64,000 bases of DNA from Minisyncoccia bacterium (GTDB lineage: Bacteria; Patescibacteriota; Minisyncoccia; Phycocordibacterales; DATDWN01), in assembly GCA_049297675.1 (NCBI GenBank), contig JBAQUS010000004.1, positions 13,188 to 77,187 on the forward strand. Reading direction: 5' to 3'. Under the pieces are notes generated by a model. The model was not told the origin of the DNA. It was given only the letters and a program-made list of their open reading frames with translations, and made no database searches. Of the stretch, positions 53,641-62,674 are shown in pieces. Both the position numbers and the translations under genes were made by a program. Positions within the stretch are counted from its first letter, which is position 1; every line of letters begins with the position of its first letter.

Positions 53641-54168
53641 TTACATCTTCTTAAAGATTAATCCGTAGTGATGTGCTCCGGCGGAAATTTCCCTGTCTAT
53701 ACTAAAGCCCTGCTTTTCAAAAAGCTCTTTGGCTTTTGGTTTTTTAACAACATCGATCGGTTTTGGACCAATTCCACCGAATGAATCTGACCAGTCTATT
53801 ACCAATACCCTTCCCCCGGGTTTTAAAATTCTTTTGGCCTCTTTTATTGCCCCGACTTTATCATCTAGCTGAAAAAGAAGATTGCAAATAAAAACCAGAT
53901 CAACAGAAGAATCCCTAAGTTTTGCTCCATTTGGCTTTTCGACATTACCCCATACTACTTCTATGTTATAAAGGCCTTCTTTTGTTGAGTTATTTTTCAA
54001 TCTGGTCAGTAGCTCTTTATCTACGTCAATAGCGTAAACCCTACCAGTTGAAATGAGCGCCCTTGAAGCAGCCATGGAGTAATGTCCCGAGCCAGAACCA
54101 AAATCTGCAATATCCATCCCGGCCTGTATTCCACACTGCTCTATGTTTTTTATTGGATCGGAGAACAT
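53641..54168 (-). CDS. Class I SAM-dependent methyltransferase
   Basis: Motif I IADFGSGSGHYS and post-I/II LKPGGRVLVIDW. Confidence 0.75.
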   Translation of the reverse strand: MFSDPIKNIEQCGIQAGMDIADFGSGSGHYSMAASRALISTGRVYAIDVDKELLTRLKNNSTKEGLYNIEVVWGNVEKPNGAKLRDSSVDLVFICNLLFQLDDKVGAIKEAKRILKPGGRVLVIDWSDSFGGIGPKPIDVVKKPKAKELFEKQGFSIDREISAGAHHYGLIFKKM

Positions 54169-54341
54169 TGGCTAGTTATGAAGTTGAAAGTAAAAAGTTA
54201 GAAGTAATACAAACAGTATACTAACAAAATTACGTGCTATTTATTATACAACCAAAAAACCAAATCAACACTATAGTTGTTCACAAATTAGAGTTTAAAT
54301 TTTGTTAATTTTATATAAGGACTCAATATAAAAAACCTGTT

Positions 54342-55076
54342 TTACTAGGGTAACCCTAGTAATTACTAGTAACTATCTTTATATTCTAACCAATCAGTTA
54401 TATTATCATTAAAATCAAAGATACTTGAAAAATACTCAGGGAAATTAGTTTTGTCTAAAATCATACCCGCTTCCCTCTTTTGTCCGACATAATCTAAATA
54501 ACTAGAACAATCATAATTCGATAGAAATTTTTTAGCTTTACTAATGTTTTTTATTCCAGATTCTTTCCAGTCATATTCAATTAATTTAACTGGATTAAGA
54601 TGAATGTAAGAAAATAAATATTTCAAATATTCATCAGAGTCAGCATGTTCTGCTTTATATGTACCCTGAAACAACGAACCCACTCTATCATTTAATTTAT
54701 TAAAGTAGGTAGAATAGCCCGTAGTCAATTTTTCCATAAACATAGCTGTACCGCCCTCAACAATTTCTCTAACAAGAATATGAAAATGATTTGGCATTAA
54801 AACCCATGCTCCTATTGCAACGAGTTGCTCGCCCCTGTTAATATCTTTCAATGGTAAGTCTATTGTTGTGCTGTACCTATAAGGAAGAGTATTGTTTGCA
54901 AGATATAAGAGTCTAATAAATCTCTTATAATCATTCTGTGAAATAAAAATATCGCGCTTTTCAACTCCTCGATTATATATATGGTAAAACTCGCCTTCAG
55001 ATATGACTATTTTTCTTTGCATAGAAGCACTATATACTAACAACTCTCATCTTACTAGGGTAACCCTAGTAAGATG
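54342..55076 (-). mobile_element. RAYT/IS200-like unit 2: Y1 gene bracketed by the palindrome ttactagggt-a-accctagtaa
   Basis: 21-nt copy at 54342-54362 and an extended 29-nt copy (catcttactagggt a accctagtaagatg) at 55048-55076. Confidence 0.6.
54366..55022 (-). CDS. HUH/Y1 tyrosine transposase-like protein (second, divergent paralogue)
   Basis: FYHIYNRGVEK, HUH motif PNHFHILV and Tyr region LFSYIHLNP. Start moved to MQRKIVIS by analogy with paralogue 1. Confidence 0.75.
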   Translation of the reverse strand: MQRKIVISEGEFYHIYNRGVEKRDIFISQNDYKRFIRLLYLANNTLPYRYSTTIDLPLKDINRGEQLVAIGAWVLMPNHFHILVREIVEGGTAMFMEKLTTGYSTYFNKLNDRVGSLFQGTYKAEHADSDEYLKYLFSYIHLNPVKLIEYDWKESGIKNISKAKKFLSNYDCSSYLDYVGQKREAGMILDKTNFPEYFSSIFDFNDNITDWLEYKDSY

Positions 55077-55133
55077 AAATTTTGATACCATGAAGCCCTG
55101 AGACTTCATGGTCCCAGGGCTGTTACCTGCTTT

Positions 55134-55343
55134 TTATTCTTCCTTCTCAGGTTTTTGTGGTGTGAAAGTGACAGAACCTGGGAGTTGACCTGAGGCACGT
55201 CTTTGCTGACGCACGGCTTCTTTGTAAAGTAGACATTGACGGTCAGCCTCAGCAGCATCACCACGTTCCCGTGCTTCTGACGCTCTGCACATACGAGTGA
55301 GCCACTCTGGGTTTGGTTCTGGATCAGTACCACGATTCGCCAT
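55134..55343 (-). CDS. Hypothetical 69-aa helical protein; GC-rich orphan
   Basis: gaggaggttaatcATG start. Sequence MANRGTDPEPNPEWLTRMCRASEARERGDAAEADRQ... A hairpin gccctgaga...tcccagggc lies downstream. A hand-counted 60-nt line (55201-55260) is 50% G+C. Confidence 0.5.
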   Translation of the reverse strand: MANRGTDPEPNPEWLTRMCRASEARERGDAAEADRQCLLYKEAVRQQRRASGQLPGSVTFTPQKPEKEE

Positions 55344-55372
55344 GATTAACCTCCTCAAATTTTCCACATACA

Positions 55373-57841
55373 TTATAAACAAATAAGTGAGGCAATACTA
55401 TCTCCTTCGCGGAGTTTCATGATACGGACACCTTGAGTTTGACGACCAAGAACTGGGATTTCTTTGCTGTCCACTCGGATGACTTGTGATTTTTTAGATA
55501 TTGCCACAATTTCACCTTCAACACTAGCAAAAACTTTAGCGGAAATCAGACTACCTGTTTTTGGAGTAACTTTGGCAGTTTTTATTCCCGAGCCACCGCG
55601 GTTTTGGATTTTGTATTCATCAATATCTGTGCACTTGCCATACCCGTTTGCAGAGATGACCATAACGTTTGCATTGTCTAGATCATTTGGAACTGTCTCA
55701 GCAGAAATAATCTCATCACCCTTTTTTAGTTTAATAGCCCGCACTCCCATAGCGGTTCTTCCCATCTCACGAATATCTGATTCTTTGAAATGAATGGCCT
55801 GTCCCTTGCTTGTTACAACGATAACTGTATCTTTTTTTCTAGTAAATGAAGCTGAGATGAGTGCGTCACCGTCATCTAGCTTTATTGCAATAATACCCGA
55901 AATTCGTACATCGTGAAAACTAGCAGTGGCTACTTTTTTTACTGAGCCTTGTTTAGTAACCATCATTGTTGAAGACTCTTCGCCCTTAACTTTCTTTGGC
56001 ATTGGCAAAATAGAAGTGATTTTCTCACCTTCTGAAAGTGGTAAAAAGTTCATGATTGATTTCCCACGAGTAGCCCTGCGTCCCTCTGGAATGTCATACA
56101 TTTTTGTCTGATAAACTTTTCCTCTGTTAGTAAAGAAAAGCAAATCGGAGTGAGTAGAAGTTATGAGTAGATTTGTAACAAAGTCTTCTTCTTTTGTGTC
56201 CAGGTCAATCACCCCGACTCCCCCACGTTTTTGTTTTCTAAACTCATCTGGATTGGTTCGCTTTATGTATCCACCAGCGGTCAATACTAGCGCGTTTTCC
56301 TCATCAGGAACGAGATCTTCGACGGAAAGTACTTGTGCTCCACCCTTTATTATTTTTGTGCGCCTCTCGTCACCATATTTTTCCTTAATATCTTCCGACT
56401 CTTTTTTTATTATTAAAATAACTTTCTTTGGAGAGTTTAATATGGACTTTAGTTCCTCAATCATAATCTGCACTGCCTTGAGTTCATCCTCTATCTTCTT
56501 TCTCTCAAGTCCGGCCAAACGTGAAAGCTTCATTTCCAAAATAGCATTGGCTTGAATTGACGAGAATTTAAACTCTTTCATCAATCTCATGTGAGCCTCG
56601 GGAGTATCTTTGGAAGATTTGATGAGTTTAATAATGGCATCAATATGATCGAGTGCTTTTTTCAATCCCAAAAGAATATGCTCTCTTTCCAGTGCTTTTT
56701 TGAGATCAAACTCTGTTCGTCTTTTTATTACTGTTACTCTGTGAGAAATAAATTCCTCCAAAATATCTTTTAGGGAGACTGTCTCTGGTATCCCTTTTAC
56801 GAGACCAACCATATTGTAATGAAAAGTGTCTTCGAGTTGAGTATGTTTATATAAATAATTCAGAACTGTTTGAGGATGAGCTGTACCTTTTAACTCAATA
56901 ACTATTCTTATATCTTTTGCAGACTCATCACGAATGTCTTTTATTCCCTCGACTTTTTTCTCCTTGTGAAGATCAACTATTTTTAATATTAGGTCAGCCT
57001 TGTTTACTCTAAATGGTAGCGAAGTAATAACGATTTGATACTGTCCAGATTTTGTCTCAACAACTTCTGCCATACCACGCACAACTACACCACCTTTTCC
57101 TGAAGAATAAGCATGATGCATGTCCTTAGCTCCAAAAGCTATTGCTCCTATCGGAAAATCTGGACCTTTGACGAACTGCAGAAGATCCTCTGTTGTAGCA
57201 TCTTTATTATCTGCCAAATGGATAACCGCATCCATCACTTCGTTTAGGTTATGAGGCGGAATATTTGTTGCCATTCCAACGGCAATACCTAGTGTGCCGT
57301 TTAGAAGCAAGTTAGGTACAGCGGTTGGCAAAACTTTCGGCTCCTTTTTTGTGCCGTCGTAATTTGGCACAAAATCAACAGTTTCTTTTTCAATATCGTG
57401 CAGAAGTTCGGATGCCAATTTAGTCATTTTTGCCTCCGTATAACGCATGGCTGCCGCATTGTCTCCATCAATCGAACCAAAATTTCCCTGACCTAATATG
57501 AGAGGGTAACGCATAGTAAAATCCTGCGCCATCTTAACCATTGAATCATAAACTGCTACATCACCATGCGGGTGATAATTTCCCAAAACTTCTCCGACTA
57601 CCGCAGCAGATTTTCTGGATTTGGCACCAGATGTCAATCCGAGTTCTGACATAGCAAAAAGAATTCTCCTATGCACAGGTTTTAGTCCATCACGAACATC
57701 TGGTAATGCACGATCGGTAATAACAGACATTGCATAATCTATAAAAGATGTCTTCATCTCAGAAGTTATTTCCTGCGAGATAACATTTTTTACAGCTAAA
57801 GCCGAATTGGTCTCTTCTGGATTATTTTTTTTACCTGACAT
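55373..57841 (-). CDS. gyrA: DNA gyrase subunit A
   Basis: [10 protein letters not shown] active-site Tyr region, YHPHGD and C-terminal beta-pinwheel repeats. Confidence 0.95.
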   Translation of the reverse strand: MSGKKNNPEETNSALAVKNVISQEITSEMKTSFIDYAMSVITDRALPDVRDGLKPVHRRILFAMSELGLTSGAKSRKSAAVVGEVLGNYHPHGDVAVYDSMVKMAQDFTMRYPLILGQGNFGSIDGDNAAAMRYTEAKMTKLASELLHDIEKETVDFVPNYDGTKKEPKVLPTAVPNLLLNGTLGIAVGMATNIPPHNLNEVMDAVIHLADNKDATTEDLLQFVKGPDFPIGAIAFGAKDMHHAYSSGKGGVVVRGMAEVVETKSGQYQIVITSLPFRVNKADLILKIVDLHKEKKVEGIKDIRDESAKDIRIVIELKGTAHPQTVLNYLYKHTQLEDTFHYNMVGLVKGIPETVSLKDILEEFISHRVTVIKRRTEFDLKKALEREHILLGLKKALDHIDAIIKLIKSSKDTPEAHMRLMKEFKFSSIQANAILEMKLSRLAGLERKKIEDELKAVQIMIEELKSILNSPKKVILIIKKESEDIKEKYGDERRTKIIKGGAQVLSVEDLVPDEENALVLTAGGYIKRTNPDEFRKQKRGGVGVIDLDTKEEDFVTNLLITSTHSDLLFFTNRGKVYQTKMYDIPEGRRATRGKSIMNFLPLSEGEKITSILPMPKKVKGEESSTMMVTKQGSVKKVATASFHDVRISGIIAIKLDDGDALISASFTRKKDTVIVVTSKGQAIHFKESDIREMGRTAMGVRAIKLKKGDEIISAETVPNDLDNANVMVISANGYGKCTDIDEYKIQNRGGSGIKTAKVTPKTGSLISAKVFASVEGEIVAISKKSQVIRVDSKEIPVLGRQTQGVRIMKLREGDSIASLICL

Positions 57842-57905
57842 TTAGGTGGTAAGTTAAATTAATCAGTGGATTATAGCACAACAAAAAGGCAAATTCAAAG
57901 CTTTT

Positions 57906-58274
57906 TTAATCGGAGGAAGGATTATTTTCTATTAGTAAATCTGAGGTACTAGAGGTATTTTTTGGAATATTTTCTGAATTGTTTTGAACGTAAGTCTCAG
58001 AACCAGACAAACCACCTAGAGAATTTTTAAAATTTGCCACCTCTCCTCCAAATGTCAAAAGGGATGAATAAACCAAATCAGAAAATGCCGATAAAGGACT
58101 TGGTTCACTATTTATGGCCTCAATGTCTCTTTTCTCTTGTTCCCTAAAACTGGGATATATAACAATTGCCCACATAAGCAAGATTATCCCAGAAAAAGTA
58201 ACAGCAATAAGTAAAGCAATTTTTTTTCTTATTTTATGGGGTTTTTCTCTTAATCTCTCAATGAGGTTGAGCAT
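57906..58274 (-). CDS. Hypothetical single-TM protein
   Basis: N-terminal basic stretch plus TM (IALLIAVTFSGIILLMWAIVIY). Confidence 0.4.
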   Translation of the reverse strand: MLNLIERLREKPHKIRKKIALLIAVTFSGIILLMWAIVIYPSFREQEKRDIEAINSEPSPLSAFSDLVYSSLLTFGGEVANFKNSLGGLSGSETYVQNNSENIPKNTSSTSDLLIENNPSSD

Positions 58275-58322
58275 TTAATAGTTATAAAGTTTAAAGTAGA
58301 AAGTTATAAAGTTGGTATTAAA

Positions 58323-58958
58323 TCAGATGGATTCGAGGACTAGTACGTCGCCTTCCTTGCCTTCTAGATCTTTTCTTTTGACAGTCAGTTTGTCGACAGG
58401 TTTTATTCCTTCCTCACCAGACTCCTTTAGAAATTTTTTCAATGAATCTTTTTCACCTACTTCCTCAAAATGACTAGGAATTATTATTTTTGGTTCAAAC
58501 TGCACAGCCACCTTGTGAGCTACAGCGGGATCTAAGACATCTCCACCACCTATTGGCACAAAAAGAATATCCACGCCGTCGATTCCCTCCTTTGTCTCAG
58601 AGGATAATTCCTTCTCTGAAAGTGCTCCAAGAAAACAAAGACTTATTCCCTCAAGTGAGACAGTATATATCGTGTTAATCCTTTCCTTGCCTCCGTAGTT
58701 GGACTTTGATAAAAAACCTTTTATGAAAACGCCAGAGACTTCATACTCACCCGGACCGTTTATAAGAAATGATTCCTTTTCTCCACGAGAAGTTGAGTCA
58801 GAGCCGTTGTGCTCCGGAGAATTGAGGGAAACAAGAGTAATGTCGCTTCCAAAACTCTTGCCTTTTATTTCGGAGTCCTTGGAAATTGGATTAACAGCAA
58901 TGGTGGTCTCACCAAAAGAAACCTTAAAAAAATCCGCTCCGTGGTATGTGATTATCAT
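58323..58958 (-). CDS. MBL-fold metal-dependent hydrolase (UPF0173-like)
   Basis: MIITYHGADFFKV start and later D/H-rich segments. The family call is moderate. Confidence 0.5.
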   Translation of the reverse strand: MIITYHGADFFKVSFGETTIAVNPISKDSEIKGKSFGSDITLVSLNSPEHNGSDSTSRGEKESFLINGPGEYEVSGVFIKGFLSKSNYGGKERINTIYTVSLEGISLCFLGALSEKELSSETKEGIDGVDILFVPIGGGDVLDPAVAHKVAVQFEPKIIIPSHFEEVGEKDSLKKFLKESGEEGIKPVDKLTVKRKDLEGKEGDVLVLESI

Positions 58959-59023
58959 AACGTTAGTCTAACAGAAAAATTTATTTTTTCAAACTGAGAA
59001 ATTTCAAAATTAAATTTCTTAAC

Positions 59024-59054
59024 AGGTACTTGGCGGTTTAACCGCCAAGTACCT
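59024..59054. repeat. Orphan 31-nt perfect palindrome aggtacttggcggtt-t-aaccgccaagtacct
   Basis: All 15 pairs verified. About 70 nt further on is cccctcgcttactcgctta (59124-59142). Confidence 0.55.
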
Positions 59055-59220
59055 AAGAATTTTGAAAGTTATTTATTTGACTACTCAGTTGTAGAAATCA
59101 GTCGTAGAAAATAAAGCGAGGACTCCCCTCGCTTACTCGCTTAAAATACTTAGAGAAACAGAAAACCCGCCGACCGATGCCGACGGGTTTCATAATCGTC
59201 GCTTGAGGTGATTTCCATTG

Positions 59221-59424
59221 TCAGTACGAATCGCTCATTGTTTTCCACCCGCAATATGTACAAGTTGAGTAGACAAACGTGTACATCTTGTCTTCAGTAT
59301 TACGTGCCTCCTGGCTAATCTTTCTAGAAAAGCACTCAGGGCACGACTTGATTTTGAGGGACGGGGGAACTCCAATCCCAAGACCCTTCGACAAATCTTC
59401 GATCAAATCTCTGACGATGCTCAT
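59221..59424 (-). CDS. Small zinc-ribbon protein (67 aa); GC-richer orphan
   Basis: gcggaggtttcaaccATG start at MSIVRDL. CPEC...(22 aa)...CTYC motif. Confidence 0.5.
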   Translation of the reverse strand: MSIVRDLIEDLSKGLGIGVPPSLKIKSCPECFSRKISQEARNTEDKMYTFVYSTCTYCGWKTMSDSY

Positions 59425-59696
59425 GGTTGAAACCTCCGCAACCATTATACACCCAAACACAACGCTTGTCAAGATGGTAAAAATGTGTTACTTCTGTATA
59501 CTGTTTGGGTATTTTACAAGCAGAGTCTAAAAGGAGTTAAACCATCACATTTGTGTAATCCCCTAGGTGTCACCTAGGGGAAAATGTGATAGCCTCCTCT
59601 CTAAAATACTCAAGAATACTAATGTCAAGAAAAATAAAGGAGGAAGTTAAGAGCGAAGCGCTTGAAAAAGAAGCCAAGCAAAAGGAGGAGGGGGTA

Positions 59697-60740
59697 ATGT
59701 CAAAAATGCTAAACGACGACATGATCCCCCCGGGAATTGATGATGTTGTCGAAGGAAAAGTCATAGGAATTGAAAAATCAAAAGTTTACATAGATATTCC
59801 CCCATTCGGTACGGGAATCATTTTCGGTAAGGAATATATAAACGCAAGAGACATTATAAAAAAAATAAATGTTGGTGATTCTGTTGCTGGAAAAGTAATA
59901 TCACTTGGAAACACGGAAGGCTACATTGAAATTTCCCTTAAGGAAGCTCGTCAGGCACTTATATGGTCTGAAGCAGAAGATGCAATAAGGGATAAGAAAG
60001 TTTTTGAACTCTCAGTCACAGAAGCAAATAAGGGTGGTCTTATACTTTCATGGCAAGGTATTTCAGGATTTCTACCAGCCTCACAACTGAAAACCGAACA
60101 CTACCCAAGAGTTTCCGATGGCGATAAAGACAGAATCCTAGAGGAGCTTAAGAAACTTGTTGGTCAGAGAATTTCCGTAACCATAATCGGAGCCAGTCCA
60201 AAAGAGGGAAAACTTATTTTCTCTGAAAAAAGTCCGGAGCAGAAAAATAAAGACTACATTATCGGAAAGTACGAGCTTGGTGAGGAAGTTGCTGGAGAAG
60301 TAACTGGTATGGTTGACTTCGGAGTTTTCGTAAAGCTTGAGGAGGGACTGGAAGGTTTGGTACACATATCAGAAATTGATTGGGCGCTAGTAGAGAATCC
60401 GAAGCTTATGTTTCATATTGGCGAAAAAGTCAGAGTAAAAATAATTGAAATAAAGGATGGGAAGATTTCCCTTTCAATAAAGGCTCTCAAAGAAAATCCT
60501 TGGAAAGATGCAGAAAAGAAATACAAAAAAGACGACATTGTGGATGGTGTGGTTATTAAGTTCAATAAACACGGAGCTCTAGCATCCATAGAAGAAGGCA
60601 TTGCAGGCTTGGTTCATATTTCAGAGTTCGGAAGTGACCAAACACTACATGAAAAACTTGAGCTAGGTAAGAACTACAAGTTCAAGATTAGTATGTTCGA
60701 CTCAAAGGAACAGAAAATGACATTAAATTTTGTAGGATAA
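59697..60740 (+). CDS. rpsA: 30S ribosomal protein S1-like (four S1 domains)
   Basis: Repeated G.V.G.V..i..fG.FV units. Start placed at MSKMLNDD, after ggaggagggggta. Confidence 0.75.
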   Translation: MSKMLNDDMIPPGIDDVVEGKVIGIEKSKVYIDIPPFGTGIIFGKEYINARDIIKKINVGDSVAGKVISLGNTEGYIEISLKEARQALIWSEAEDAIRDKKVFELSVTEANKGGLILSWQGISGFLPASQLKTEHYPRVSDGDKDRILEELKKLVGQRISVTIIGASPKEGKLIFSEKSPEQKNKDYIIGKYELGEEVAGEVTGMVDFGVFVKLEEGLEGLVHISEIDWALVENPKLMFHIGEKVRVKIIEIKDGKISLSIKALKENPWKDAEKKYKKDDIVDGVVIKFNKHGALASIEEGIAGLVHISEFGSDQTLHEKLELGKNYKFKISMFDSKEQKMTLNFVG

Positions 60741-60762
60741 TCTCCACTCTACTAGTGGCATG

Positions 60763-60787
60763 AAGGGCGACCTTGTGGGTCGCCCTT
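60763..60787. terminator. Bidirectional GC-rich hairpin aagggcgacc-ttgtg-ggtcgccctt
   Basis: 10-bp perfect stem between convergent genes. Confidence 0.65.
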
Positions 60788-60799
60788 TGGCACGAATAC

Positions 60800-60988
60800 T
60801 TACTTCGTCCTGATAACTGCCTCTAGAATTTTTACGAGAGATTGCTTGGCAGTAGAAATGACTTCGGCAGCTTCGTTGCTTGTGACCTGATCCGACCTTC
60901 GCCAGGTTGGAGGGTGAGACAAGAGAGACTTGGATGATTCTTGTGAACTACCTCTCCTCCACATTTTTTCGATTTCTTGATGTGACAT
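60800..60988 (-). CDS. Hypothetical 62-aa protein; second gene of a GC-richer pair
   Basis: The start lies 8 nt after the upstream stop. A G-rich stretch (agggggaaat) precedes the ATG. Confidence 0.4.
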   Translation of the reverse strand: MSHQEIEKMWRRGSSQESSKSLLSHPPTWRRSDQVTSNEAAEVISTAKQSLVKILEAVIRTK

Positions 60989-60996
60989 ATTTCCCC

Positions 60997-61224
60997 CTAT
61001 CTTTCCTCAACTCCAAAACGTCTCAGGACTATACCATGGAAATTTTCTATTCTCCCCCATGATTTAGGGTCAAGTGTGAGAGTAGTCAAGAATGCCATCT
61101 CATACGAGGAAAAGCCAATTTCTACTACTTTCCACTCGCCTACAGACGATCTAGGGTCAGGAATGTAGTAAAAGAGTATTACTGGATCACTCTGAGACTC
61201 ACTAGAACGAGAATTCATACACAT
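60997..61224 (-). CDS. Hypothetical 75-aa protein; first gene of a GC-richer pair
   Basis: gaggagggtgaaaATG start at MCMNSRS. No family recognised. Confidence 0.4.
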   Translation of the reverse strand: MCMNSRSSESQSDPVILFYYIPDPRSSVGEWKVVEIGFSSYEMAFLTTLTLDPKSWGRIENFHGIVLRRFGVEER

Positions 61225-61306
61225 TTTCACCCTCCTCAGGATGAAGTTCTGACATAGACTATGCCACAACATAACACCAAAAACAAGGGAGTCTAACGAT
61301 TTAGAT

Positions 61307-61894
61307 TCAATTAAACCCTGTCATGGTTTTCTCCAGTCCCATAGTGACGAAAGTCTCTAATGACTCGTTTACTTTCTTTGATAACTTTTTCAGTTCCTTA
61401 ATTTCCTCGTCCTTAAACTTTCCTAATATAACTTTTGTTACAGCTTCATCACCACTTGGTTTTTTGATTTTTCCGCTAGAGGTCACAGGCGAAATCCCAA
61501 CACGAATACGTGCAAATTTTTCTGTTTTGACAGCCTTTATTATTGATTCCAGTCCCTTGTGTCCGCCGGAAGATTTGTTAAAGGAAATTTTAGATTTTCC
61601 AAAAGATAAATCGAGATCATCGTATATCACAACCATTTTTTCTGCTCCCTTAATACTAGATACAAGATTCTTTATGCTACTCCCTGATTTATTCATGAAA
61701 GTTTCTGGCAAAACAAGAGTCACAGGTGATTTACCCACTTTTACCTTAGCCAATGTAGCATTCTGCTTTTTATCAAAATTCCACTCTGCATCAAGGGTCT
61801 TTCCAAACCATGTGAGGAGCATCCGTCCAGTGTTATGACGAGTGTCTTTGTATTCTTCTCCCGGATTACCAAGACCTACAAAAATATATGACAT
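61307..61894 (-). CDS. pth: Peptidyl-tRNA hydrolase
   Basis: IFVGLGNPGEEYKDTRHNTG and GGHKGLESI. Confidence 0.9.
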   Translation of the reverse strand: MSYIFVGLGNPGEEYKDTRHNTGRMLLTWFGKTLDAEWNFDKKQNATLAKVKVGKSPVTLVLPETFMNKSGSSIKNLVSSIKGAEKMVVIYDDLDLSFGKSKISFNKSSGGHKGLESIIKAVKTEKFARIRVGISPVTSSGKIKKPSGDEAVTKVILGKFKDEEIKELKKLSKKVNESLETFVTMGLEKTMTGFN

Positions 61895-61921
61895 TTGATT
61901 ATCTTAGCATAAGATAATCAA
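61895..61921. promoter_or_regulatory. 12+3+12 perfect inverted repeat abutting the pth start codon
   Basis: ttgattatctta gca taagataatcaa. It begins 1 nt upstream of the pth ATG. Confidence 0.45.
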
Positions 61922-62052
61922 AAATTTCCAATTACTAATTTCTAATTGCTAATTACTAAAATTACGTGTCTAAGTTTAAAAATTATAAATTTGAAATTAA
62001 AAATTAACTTTTTCTATTGTGTCAAACGAGCTTTGCTTGTATACTTCTTTTT

Positions 62053-62652
62053 ATGAATTCTGAAAATCCAGATAAAATTGTTGTTGAAAAAAATCAGGAA
62101 AAGAAAAGTACTTGGAAAGACATTGTCAAAGAAATAGTTATTTTTGTAATCATTGCTTTTGGTATTGTCTTACCTTTTAGAATGTATGTGGCTGAGCCGT
62201 ATTTAGTTGATGGCAGGTCAATGGATCCGACATTTAAAACAGGAGACTATCTGATAGTCAACAAAATACTTTACAGATACAAGACTCCAGAAAGAAATAC
62301 AGTTCTAGTCTTCAAATACCCAAACGATCCCAAAAAAAGCTTTATAAAAAGAGTGATTGGGCTTCCTGGTGAGACTGTAGAAATCAAGGGCAACACTGTC
62401 ACAATAAAAAACAAGGAAAATCCAGAGGGTTTGGTTTTAGACCAATCTTATGTTATACATACCTCTCAACAGGATATTAAGAGGGTGCTCTCCGAAGATG
62501 AATATTTTGTTATGGGAGATAATAGAACTGAAAGCTTTGACTCGAGAGCTTGGGGTCCGCTTAACAAAAAATACGTATCTGGTGAGCCACTTATTAGGCT
62601 TTGGCCACTAAATAAAATTGAACTTTTGCCAGGCATTTTGCAAGTTAAGTAA
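62053..62652 (+). CDS. lepB: Signal peptidase I
   Basis: DGRSMDPTF (catalytic Ser), KRVIGLPGE and GDNRTESFDSR. The track ORF begins at a TTG, so I use the first ATG. Confidence 0.85.
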   Translation: MNSENPDKIVVEKNQEKKSTWKDIVKEIVIFVIIAFGIVLPFRMYVAEPYLVDGRSMDPTFKTGDYLIVNKILYRYKTPERNTVLVFKYPNDPKKSFIKRVIGLPGETVEIKGNTVTIKNKENPEGLVLDQSYVIHTSQQDIKRVLSEDEYFVMGDNRTESFDSRAWGPLNKKYVSGEPLIRLWPLNKIELLPGILQVK

Positions 62653-62674
62653 TTAGGCAAGTAATTAGAAAAAG

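Noticed and set aside
45491-55076. The two RAYT-like genes as ends of one composite transposon carrying the cassette and the pilin operon.
   Set aside because: The two units have unrelated hairpin cores and divergent proteins. The enclosed DNA has at least three different compositions. Independent insertions are more parsimonious.
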